Shown here in pieces: positions 35,901 to 47,580 of a stretch of 64,000 nucleotides of DNA. Each line of letters starts with the position of its first letter. The first letter of the stretch is position 1. This stretch comes from Basidiobolus meristosporus CBS 931.73 (Eukaryota; Fungi; Basidiobolomycota). The stretch covers positions 62,001 through 126,000 of the forward strand of contig MCFE01000148.1 in NCBI GenBank assembly GCA_002104905.1, given 5' to 3'. Made by a program: the position numbers and the translations under genes. Below the pieces are notes generated by a model. That model was not told the DNA's origin. It saw only the letters and a program-made list of their open reading frames with translations, and did not search any database.

Positions 35901-37849
35901 ACTGTTCATCAGTAGTAATATGGTTTGCCTGCTCTAGTTTCTGTTTTTTGTCTGCTTGTTTCTTCTTGCATTCTCTTGCCTAGTGTCCTGGCTTTTTACA
36001 GTAGTTACAGCAGCCATGTTTTCTTTGGTTTTGTTGCTTTCCCTTCTTTTCTGTGTGCCTTTCAGAACTGAATAAAGCATTATCTTCAATTTTCTCTGCT
36101 TGATCATTACGTCTGAGTTCTTGATGGAGAAGTCTTCCTTTGACATAGTCTAAAGTCAAGTTGTCTTCTCTGCTTTCAAAAGAAAGTATGAGTGGCTCAT
36201 ACTTGTCTGGTAGGCTGCAAGGCAGACAGAGTATCTTTTCTTCATCATCTACACCAGCATTAATACTGTAAAGTTCTTCTGCAAGTGTCTCCATTCTGGT
36301 ACTGAGTTGTAGCATGTCATCATCTGGTTTCTTCCTCATGTTGAGGAACTTCTGTTTCAAATAAAGCTTGCTTGATACTGACTTTGCTCTAAAGATCTTC
36401 TCTAAGGATTCCCATGCTGCTTTGGCAATATTTGAGGCATGGATTTGTCCAATGAAGGAGTCTTGCACATTGATGCATATGGCATTGAAGGCCTTTCTAT
36501 CCTTCTCTTGAAACTTCCCCACATCTTCTGCTGTTCCTTTGGGCTCAACTTCCTTTCCTGTTACTATGTTCCAAAGCTTTCTTTCCTAAAGGTGGATCTG
36601 CATCTTGATTCTCCAAAGTCTGTAGTTTGTCCCATCAGACCTCTCCTTTACATGGAAGATGTTGGTATTTCTTTGTTTGCTGGTAGAAGTCACTTTTAGA
36701 ATAGATTAAGGCAATTGGGGCTCATAACCTGTTGCAATTCAAGAAAAAATTTGGATATAGAGAACTTATCAAGAAATAGTGATAATAGTTGAACTGTTGT
36801 TTATTCATAAAGAAGCTCAGTATCCATACCTTTGTAGAAGTAATACAGCTGTAACACTAAGTAGGGAGGGTTTATCAATATTCAGGAGCATTCTGTAACA
36901 GTTTCAGGGTTAGTACATAATGTTTGGTAATAGTGCTAATTTGATCCTGACTATAGGGAATAATCATAAGATCATATATCTGGAGAAAGTGGCAAAGTTA
37001 AGGCAGTAGATGAGTCCTACAGTGACTAAGACTAGTCTAGAATTGTTAAGTAAATCTTTAGCTGCTGAATGATACCAAATAGTCCAATATTTCAACAACA
37101 ACTGCCATTTTACTTAGTGTATGGATGTACACCAAGTATCCCAGGAGATCTAACACTACCAATGCTTCCCTATGTTTTGGATGATGAATTTGGTCATCCT
37201 AGTATATACAGGCAACTATAATAAAGATGTCAAGAGGGATGGGTCAAGGTACCCAAAATTGCAGAAAAGTTGAAGAAGTGATCAGAACCCTCTCAGCTAT
37301 AGTAGTGAAAAACATGATGATTGACTGCTTGGATATTTAAGTTAGATAAGTTTTAGTCATATCAATTGGCTTTATGATTGGCCTATCCACATATCAGTAT
37401 TATCTAACAAATAAGTGAAATTAGTCAGCAGATGAATCCGCAGATCCTTAGCTGACAGATATATAGCTTTAAAATAGGATCTTATAGAGTAAAGACAATG
37501 CAATCATATGAGTTGTCAGTCACAACGCATATTAGGGAATACATTTACTCAGCCATTGATCTGACAAAAAGTATATAATGCTGGAATAACTAGGAGTCCA
37601 CCAGATTATCAATATATTATGAACTAGCACTTGTTTGAATGATGTAATTCAGTATATTAACTTATATATTAGTTTGTAGATATTTGCTAATTGTTAAGAT
37701 ATGGTGAAGTACAGAATCTCAGGAAAATCTGATAGTTGCCCAAATATGCTGAAACTTGGCATATGTAGTCCTGAGGTCCCCTAACAATGAACATTTGGTT
37801 ACATATATGTAGTTTTTCATTAAGTACCAATACTGGGTTGCAACTTAAT

Positions 37850-39580
37850 AAATCATCAAGTGAGCATCATGTAAGTCTTCTGATTGTCTATTTTACTCTA
37901 ATATGCTCTACTATCTCTGCCTGGGCTGAGTTTGTGCTAAAAATTCAGAATGCTTTTGAGCCTCTATATTGGCAGTTGCTACCAAGAAAGAGGCTGAAAA
38001 CACATGGATAGAAAGGACTGGTACAAGAATATACATATAGGTATAGATTACTACCTAGACAGATTAAAATAATATGATCCCCTGACCCAAATATATACTT
38101 TATTGATGGGCTGAAGGAAATAATGTGTAAGCAGTGAGTTATTGACAACCAAAGACTATTGACAGTGCCAACAAGATTGCCATGAACTAGGAACTTATTA
38201 TGTGTATAGCTGCAAAGCCTACAGTGGCTAACCAGAGTAGCTATAATTACTATGAAAGAAGACAATCAGAAGTAGAGCCAATGGCAATAGGTGCTATGCA
38301 GATGAATGTAGGAAGAAAGTATCCTAGTTGAATGCCACCAACATGCATATGTCTCAAAGAACTACCCTGGAAGAAGAAATGGATGTCAGTGTACATGAAC
38401 CTCTGACCATGTAGAAGCTCAGAAACATAATGAGGTAGAGGATCAACTTGAAGAAGGCTCATAGATAACCTTGCATATAATTGAAGAACTCTCAACCTGA
38501 ATATCATCAAGCTAAGAAAATCTGCTATATCTGAATGAAGTTGTTAATAGAGAAACCTGTATCACTTAGGCACATATCAGAGTAATTTGTCTGGAAAGCT
38601 GAAGTTAACTTAGAACCTACCAAATCAACTTCAGTCTTAGCAGTTGCAGGGAACTCTCATATAGTTAGTCATATACTCAGCCAGTACAAATCAAAATTGC
38701 TGACAATGCAGATGACCTACAGGTGTACATATTTGGAACCTGACTATTTGACCTGGAATTTGGAAAATTGCGGCTATTAGAGCCCAATATATCAGTCAAC
38801 TGGAGTACATATGCTACTCAGCTCCAAAAAGGTAAGCAGACATATGGTGTACTACCTGCAAGACTGGATTTACATTTGGTCCTAGTATGATTGACATATT
38901 GCAATTTAACAAGTAATCTGGATGCAAGGAACTTATCAAGATATAGTGATAATATTTATAATAGTAAAGAGCATAAGAAAGGCAAAAGAGGATTTGTTGC
39001 TAAAGTATGATATACAAAGGTGCAGAAAGGCAACCTGATATGCAAGGCAACTATTAAGTTGGGAAAAAGAAGGAGAAACATGTTCTTGTGTAGTCAAGTA
39101 TGAAAATGTTGTTTATTCATAAAGCTGGTAATTACATAACCTTTGTAGAAGTAATACAGCTGTGACACTAAGTAAGGAGGGATTCTTAACATTCAGGAGC
39201 ATTCTGCAACAGTTTCAGGGCTTTTACATAAAATTAGGTCAAAAGTATTGTTTTGATCTTCACTACAGGGGTCAAATTGTCAGATCATAGATGTGAAGAA
39301 ACTGGCAAAGTTGGGGCTGCAAATAAGTCCTACAGTGACCAAGACTAGTCTAGAATTGTTAAGTGATTTTTAGCTGCTGAATGATAGCAAATAGTCCAAT
39401 ATTTCCACATGACACAAGTGAGCCTTGCAAGATACAGCTCTGCCAAGCACTTGGGAAAGGTATCAGATGCTTCTCCTGGCAGTATTACAGGATGACTCCA
39501 CTACTCCAGTTCCCAGAAAGTCCCAGCACTTCTGAGGGAATATTCAGATGCTTTTTGAAAAAAGTTGTAAGTTCATGACA
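37850..39580 (+). mobile_element. Highly degenerate G1-type gag/protease relic
   Basis: Recognisable similarity to the 21950-23170 region, with many stops and indels. Confidence 0.65.
38897..39409. repeat. Old solo LTR related to Copia C1, longer variant
   Basis: TATTGCAATTT...ATTTCCACA flanked by TSD TGACA (38892-38896 / 39410-39414). Confidence 0.8.
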
Positions 39581-40349
39581 TTGACATAAGAAATAGTCCC
39601 TAGTGTGCAATAGTGTAGTAGTGCTTTCTTAGCATACCAATATTAGCCCAAAGCTTGCTTGCCTGCTTGAAATCAGGATAAAGCTCATGGAACAAATTAC
39701 GCACATTCTGCTTGGCTGTAAGTGTTATAAATAGTCACAAGGCAGGAGAGTAGAGCTAGGCAAGTCAGGACCAGGAAAGGACTTGGGTGTGGATCAACAA
39801 GGCAAGGCTGTTTACTTAAGACCTGTGTTTACCAGAATAAGGAATACAAAAGGGGGATAGAGCTATATATACACTTTGGCAATATGGATGCCAAGAGATA
39901 TATGAGTAGGATTTATGGGGTTCTGGGGTGAGGCACAGTAAGTGCACCATGATAGAAATATACTAAAGAACAGACTGGAATATCACATGGGGATATGCCA
40001 AGGGTTAGCTGATCAGGTAACCAGGTCATCTGACATGGAGTTCTTTCAACTCAGGTTGCAAGAGGTTGTAAATAGGACCAAAAGGTAGGTTTTTTCCTTC
40101 TTCAGGGTTGATGGGACAATCATAGGGTCTATGGGCTGGGAGTAGTTCAGCTTTCTTCTTGTCAAAGACATGGGCAAACTCTGGATACTTGGCAGGTATT
40201 TCATTGGAGGGGGTTCCTTCAGTGATGATAGGCTACTGGGTCTGGGGTAGCTTAGTAAAGGATACTTCCTTACCTGAAAAGTCAGGTAGTTTCATGGAGT
40301 TGACATGATGGATTCTGGGGAATATCAGGATTTTGGTCTTCCAGTTAAC

Positions 40350-43300
40350 AGACTTGTTCCATTGTTACAAGTCTTGGTATAAGAATTGTAGAGGAATAGG
40401 GAGTTTAGCTAGTATTGTATTCACTATAACTGAGCTGATTTTATTGAGGTTCCAGCAGCTCCTTATATACATTTTTGCCAGATCAATTGCTGACTAATTT
40501 TATTTCCTAATGTAGGTTGTGGCTGATGACTCATTCAATTGCATCAGCATCACCCAAGAAGATCCTACCTAATATATCTATTTCTGTCTGATAAGGATCT
40601 GCTGATTCATTTGCTGACTAATGCTGCTGATTTGATAGATAATACTGATATACTGATAACCTAAACATATACTAATTGATTGGACTAAAAAACTGATCTA
40701 ACTTAAACATTCAAGCAACAGATCACAACATTCTCCCCTGCTAAAGTTGAGAGGGCTCTCCTGAATCTCTTTTCTTGTGATACCAATATCTTGATGGTTC
40801 AGTATTATCAGCAAGTCTGCAAGCTTGATTCAGTCCCTATGCACTAAGTCTTCCCGTATATTGCCTTGTTTGTCTACTAGTAGGTAAGTTGTAAATGGAC
40901 ATTTCTGACATTCTTGAATGGTCCTGTCCATTGTGGCTCAAACTTCTTCCAAGTGTTGTTTCTTAGCAAAACAAAGTTCCCAACTGTCAATGCTTCTGGT
41001 GCTATAGTCTTATCAAATCTCTGATTCATCTTTTCTGCACTTTGAGATACTTTTGTCTGTGCTTCTTGATGTCTTTGTTCCAGTTGCTGGTGTCTACTTG
41101 GCTGCCTGAGTTCATCTTCTAAGGTGTCTGTAAGCTTTGGTTGTGTGAGATCTCCAGGAATCCTTGGTTAACATCCATACATAGAGTAAAATGGCAATTT
41201 TTGGGCAGTGTTGTGTACTCCAACTCTGCATACAAAGAGTGCTTGGTCTATATACTCATCCCATCTACTGACAGCTCCATTTGCATACTTGGTCAGCACT
41301 TTTCCAAATAATCCATTAAACTGTTCAGTGACTCCATTAGTTCTGGGGTGATATGTCAAGGTTTTCAAGTATTTGATCTGCTGCATTTCCAGGTAAGCTT
41401 CCAATGTCTTTGCCATAAAGTTTGAGCCTCTATCAGATAGAATCTCTACAGGGCATCCAAACTTGAAAAGGATCTCATTGCACATGAAACTTGCAACTTC
41501 TTGTTCACTGGCTCTAGGTACAGCTTTAGCCACTGGCCATTTAGTGGCATGGTCAATTGCTACTAGGATCCAATGGTTGTATTTCCCAGTAGCTGGCAGT
41601 CTTCCAAAAAAGTCAATTCCCCATCCTTCAAATGGTCTTACAGGCTCCAAGGGAAAGAGCTCAGCAATTCTATGTGGTTGGTCTTGGTTGAATTGGCAAT
41701 TTGGGCATGTTTTCACTAGCTTCTCAATGTCATTTTTCATTCTGGGCCACCATGCTCTAGCTTTCACAAGGCTATACATTCCTTCAATTGAAAGATGTCC
41801 ATATCCAGTGTGTAGCTTATGTATTAAATCCAGGCAAGAAACATGAGGGCAATAGGCAATGGGGCTTCCATCAACAATTTCGTAGAGTGCTTCATCATAT
41901 ACTACAAATTTGCTGGCTTCATCCTGAATAATCTTCTTGATATCTTAATGCACCTCATCAAGAATGGCTAGGTCCTCCAAGTACTTTGGTAATAGGCTAG
42001 GCCAATCTGATTCATGCACCAAGTTGAGTTGTGCAACTTGGCCTAATCTTGAAAAGGTATCAGCAACCATGTTGTTTTTTCCAGGGCAGTAGACAATCTC
42101 CAAGTCAAATTGCTGAATGTATTCACACCATCTTTTCACTCTTCTAGAGAGTACCTTCTGAGTAAATATATAGTTGAGGGAGGCATGATCAGTTTTTACA
42201 GTGCATTTGACTCCTTCAATATAGCATCTCCTTGTCTTCAAACAGTGTATTATAGCAAGCATCTCCTTCTCATGCACTAGATAGTTTTGTTTGGCTGAGT
42301 TCAGTTTCTTGGATTCAAAGGCAACAGGGTAGTTCTTTCCCTTGTGTTCTTGGCTCAACACTCCACCAATTGCATAATCTTAAGCATCTGTGCCCAGAGT
42401 AAACTCTTTTCTGAAGTCAGGTATTCTTAAGCTTGGCAGCTTAGCAAGTTCATTCTTGAGCATCTGGAAGGCAGTTTCACAAGTTATGTCCCAATTGTAG
42501 ATGTTGTCTTGCTGGAGGATATCAGTTAAAGGAGCTGCAATACTTCAAAGGACTTGACAAATCTCCAATAATTGGAAACCATTCCAAGGAATGATCTGAG
42601 CTCTGATATGTTATGGGGCTGCTTCACATTCTTGATAACTTCAACCTTTTTAGGGACTAAGGTTACTCCTGTGCTAGTCACTATGTGTCCCAGATATTCA
42701 ACAAGTTCCTTGATGAATTCTTACTTAGGTAGCTTGCCATAAAGCTTGTTCTCTCATAGCTTCTTCAAGATCTTTTCAATGTGCACCAAGTGATCCTCTT
42801 CTGTCTTGCTGTATATCAATACATCATCTAGGCAAATTATGACAAACTTGTCTATGTACTCCTGGAAGACAGTCTGCATCAGGGTCATGAATGCTGCAGG
42901 GGCTTTGGTGAGGCCAAAACTCATGACTAAGTACTTTTAATGTCCATATCTGGTCCTGAATGTTGTCTTAGGGATGTCTTCTGGCTTCACCCTAATTTGG
43001 TTGTATCCTGACATGAGGTCAATCTTACTGAAAATAGTGGCTTCATTGAGTTGGTCCAAGAGCTCATCAATCCAAGGTATAGGGTACTTATTTTTCACGG
43101 TAACTGAGTTGAGGGCTCTGTAGTCAATGCACATCCTAAGTGTTCCATCCTTCTTCTTCAGAAAAAGCACTGGTGCTCCCCAAGGTTACTTGCTGGGTCT
43201 GATATATCCATGCTCCAGTAACTGATCTATGTGTCTCTTCATCTCTTCCAGCTTCAATGGACTCATTCTGTAAGGTGTCTTACTCTCTGGAGGGCTATCT

Positions 43301-46300
43301 CCTGTTTCAATGGCATGATCCACATTGATGACTAGTGGTAGGCTTACAAGCTCATCTGGAAATATGTTTGAGTATTCCTTCAAAAGAGTCTGGACCTTCT
43401 GGTGTACTGGAATTGAGGAATCCTGCTGTAATACTGCCATGAGGAACATCTGGGTACCTTTTCTTGGTGCTCTACAAAACTGTGTCTTGCTAAGTTCACT
43501 TGTTTCACACACATTGGAATTGACCAAGTTAAAATCCAGTCTGGCAGGTAATAGCTCATAGGTCTTGTTGTCCTTCAAGAACTGAGTAGCATGGGCTCTC
43601 CAGCTGATTGATAGATTACAACAAAATAGCCAGGTTTTCCTAAGTACAAGGTCAAACTTGCAGTTCCCAAATATATAGGCCTGTAGCTCTTCTTCATAGT
43701 ATTTGATCTTCATCCTTACTGGATGAGTAATACAGTTGATTATGTGAGAGTTCCCATCACCTGTTGAGACATTCTATCAATTTGCCCAAGTAGATATCTA
43801 TATTCATAGATGTACTCTTAGACCTTTCATTTCTGTCTGAGCATTTTCACCTTTCTTCTTAGTAGTGTCTGTTGGCATGGGGGCTCAAAAGTATCCTGAA
43901 TTTCCAACACAAACTCATCCCAGGTAGAGTTTGTAGAGCATCCCATTTTGGTGACTGACCTGATCTTGTTATGGTACCACTGTAAAGCTGCGTTTTCCAG
44001 GTAAGAGACTGCATAATGTACCTTGCTTTCTGGAGCAATTCCCTTAGCCTTGAAGGCTTCTTCAATCTGGAAGTGCCAAGTTCCCAGGTTTTCATTGACT
44101 CTACCATGGTACCGGTGGACCTTCACACTAAAGTTGCTCTTGACAGAGTTTTGCTAGCTTTGGGCCATGGTAGTCATTCCTTGTTGCTGCTGGCTAAGGA
44201 TCTGGAGTAACTGTTGCTGTTGGGCCAGGATTTGTTGCATAGCATTCTTCCATTCTTGATTTTCCGACATCTTGAGGGAGGTTTCTTCTTTCTTCAGGAG
44301 GGAGGTTTCTGGTCATTGCTGCTACCAATGTTACAAGTCTTGGTATAAGAGTTGTAGAGGAATAGGGAGTTTAGCTAGTATTGTATTCACTAGAACTTGA
44401 ACTGATCATTATTGAGATTCCAGCAGCTCCTTATATACATTTTCCAGATCAATTGCTGACTATTTTATTTCCTAATGTAGACTGTGGCTGATGACTCATT
44501 GGATTGCATCATCATCACCCAATAAGATCCATCCTAATATATCTATTTCTGTCTGATAAGGATCTGCTGATTCATCTGCTGACTAATGCTACTGATTTGA
44601 TAGATAATTCTGATGTACTGATAACCTAAACATATAACTAAGAGATTTGACTAAAAACTGATCTAACTGAAACATTCAAGCGGCAGATCATAACACCAGG
44701 GTACCATGCCAGGGCATGCGGTGCAATCTGCGGTCCCTAAGAGCAATTGGGTGTGATATTGTAGCTACCAGTAGGCCAGATTGCTCTTGGAAAATTTTGC
44801 ATCATGTGAGACAATCTTGCACACTATGGCACAATCTGACACAATGAGGTTGGCACAAATGATCTTGCCCACTTGTAATGCCTGCATCACGTGAGCAATG
44901 GGATACTGCTATTATGGTAGGTAAAATCTGGTATTTGGATATGTTTCTTCAATGTAAATGAAAATAAATGCATATCATACTATCAACTAAACTGACACTT
45001 ACCATTTTGGTTACCATCACTCCAATTGGATGGTATCTCAGTGGTTAATTAGTCCAAAAGTATCCTGAAGCTGTCAGCCCCCAATTGGCTCTTTTACCAA
45101 TACACAAGCTACCTGATTCACCATCAAGTATTGCATTTTGCCCATTAAGCAAGTAAATCTCTAATCCTAATGATTGGACAAGGTGTCATAGCTAGCATGC
45201 AACCAGTTTTATGGGTGCAAATCAGATCAAATGGCTGCACTGGTGCCACAGATGATGTATAGATATGCAGGGTGTTTATTTATAGGGGTCCTGTGTCAAA
45301 TGTGAGACAACCTTGATATTGCTTATATCAAAAATTTAGTGATCCCTGATTTGCAATCGCTTGATGCGGATTGCAAAAAAAATGCATTGTTTGGATCATT
45401 ACAAATAATAGCAATTCAATGTAGTTGCATCATCTTCTCCTAGGCTTTTTTCTCACAGGGATTACTACTGAAGCATTTGATAGTGATTCACTTTACACAC
45501 CTAAACTACTTTCTTGTTGACTATCCTCTTGGCTACTTGTGTGTTTGTAGTCAGTATTTTGCCTCCTAGTTGATGAGTGCAATGCTGCAGCTTGGCCATG
45601 CTGAATTGCTCCAGATGATGCAACTGAGCCAGCCTGCAGTGCTACGTGCTGATGCGTTCTTTTACTTGCCAAGGGCTCTGGTGGTGGAGGCACTTCATGC
45701 TGGTTATCATCAGTCAGTTCACCAGAAGAAACTTGCTGATGGTCAGATGTAATGGCATGCGCAGACGCAACTTTATGCACTTGCATAGCCCTTAGCTGAG
45801 TTTGATGTGATGCTGCTTGTTGATGCAACTTGGCCTGCTCCAATGGACTTGTGTCTTTTTGTGCAGTTTGGTGGGTTCTGGTGGTTTTGCTCTGAAGTGC
45901 GCATGTTGACCCAATATGTGTGGAGTCAATGCAAGGTGCTCTTGTGAAGGGTACTGGTGTAGTTTGGACTGACATGTGCTGATACGCTGAAGTTGCAAGG
46001 GATGGTAAGGAATCCAGCAAGGTGTGCTGGCACAATCTAGACAATGTTACTTGCAGTCTGTATTCTTCCTCTTGAAGCTCACCTTCTGATTCCTTAAGGT
46101 AGTCACTTACCCTCAGTCTAATACTTTGGAACTATTGCCTGGATGAGTCCTGTGTATATTGCTCTTGGAATCCACTTAGCTCTACTAATATATCACATAT
46201 TACATTGGTCAGTTGAGGCAAGACTCATTCAAAATCTCTTTGGTTCCCAAAGCTGAGGCACAAACAGACGCATCTGGCCTGTACTGAGCAAATTGTGCAC

Positions 46301-47580
46301 AAAATTGCTCCTGCATGGCTTCCTCATCAAATCCCCTCACTCTCATATCATTCTTGATTTCAATACTTGTCTTGTTATATATCTTCTTACATACATCTGC
46401 TGGCATCTTGATGTAGAACTCATGCCACAGCTCTCTACTCAGGTTCTTCCATCTTTGTTGACTCTCCAAGGTATCTAGTTCTGCTAGATTAATGAGTAGT
46501 GCCCAAATATCTGTATGAAGGCTCATCATAGACACTTGGTCCATACTGAAATCATTTGGCAAGAACTCAAACAGATTGGACATTGCCTTTTCTGGTCCAG
46601 ACCATGCTTGTGAGCTGGAGGATGGGTTTTGTCTGGGTTGAACTAAAGATGAGTTGAGACTTGGCATAGGGACCATAGTGACAGATTTGGATACTTACAC
46701 AGCAGTGTATTGGCATCAACCTGGTCTTATATGAAATATATATGAAAAGTAATGTGATTGCTGAATTTTCCCTATATTATTCATGATGCATGTAGGATTG
46801 CATTGGCATGGATCAGATCACATCAATTGCAGATTTCCTCTCTGATTATAAACTTGTGAGTAAAACATCAATACAAATACCCAGTCATTGCTTGAGGATG
46901 ATTTTTGTGACATAACAATGGGATACATGGCAATTGGTGCAGATATAATCATAATGCATGCAAAATCAGATAAATAAAGCTGATTGTGCGATATCAATTC
47001 ATATCACCTCAGCCCAATCCTTCACCTATTTTAATATGACTTACTCATCTGAATGGTCTTTTCTCATCAATCCCACCACTACTACTGGATTTCCTTTTGA
47101 CATACTAGAGGAGATATATACCAAGTACTTTGGTCCATCTACCCCCATCTACTCAATGAATCCCCTTGTTAAGCTTCTCTACTGTGTCAAAAGCTATTGC
47201 CTTACATGGTTTCATCTCACCATCCATGGCAACAAAAGCTCTAGAAGCTTTCATTCCCAGCTGACAGCAATGGAGATTTAATCATTTCAGAGTGAGGGTA
47301 GAGCATACATTTGGATATCTGAAGAGATTCAGCACATTGGCAGGTAAATTCAGAGGAAAGTCATATATAGGAGAAAACAGCAAAATAGGTAAAATAGTTA
47401 AGATACTTATCAATGCACAGTATATTCATACAAGAAGACATCCACTGAGAGAAATGTGTCTGGATCATTATGAAGAGTAAATAAAGCAAGGAAAGCACTA
47501 CTCTGAGCAGCATAAGTAAGATTGAGTAAAATCATCAGTAACTATATCATACCATTAGCACTATCCAACAGAACAAGTCT
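40350..47580. mobile_element. PHIS transposon copy 3, non-autonomous, with a nested G1
   Basis: TIRs AGACTTGTTCC / AGAACAAGTCT, TSD AAC/AAT; accessory ORF 45493-46676; transposase core deleted at ~47275. Confidence 0.9.
40363..44695 (-). mobile_element. G1 Ty3/Gypsy with internal deletions
   Basis: LTRs 40363-40730 and 44329-44695, PBS, PPT, imperfect TSD CCAT/CCAG; gag, RT, RNase H and integrase fragments. Confidence 0.92.

Larger units (their letters stand above)
29008..37097 (-). mobile_element. Ty1/Copia C1-b, full length, interrupted by a PHIS transposon
   Basis: LTRs 29008-29376 and 36730-37097, TSD ACAAC, PBS GGTTATGAGCCC, PPT GAGGGGGAG. ORF 33335-35398 encodes integrase and RT; RNase H motif VALSTTEA rejoins across the insert. 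Confidence 0.97.
20945..37600 (+). mobile_element. Old G1-type Gypsy split by later insertions (LTR 20945-21214; body 26163-29007 and 37103-37600)
   Basis: The PBS rejoins across the insert at 21221-26158; the integrase rejoins across Copia C1-b; all domains are degenerate. Confidence 0.75.
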
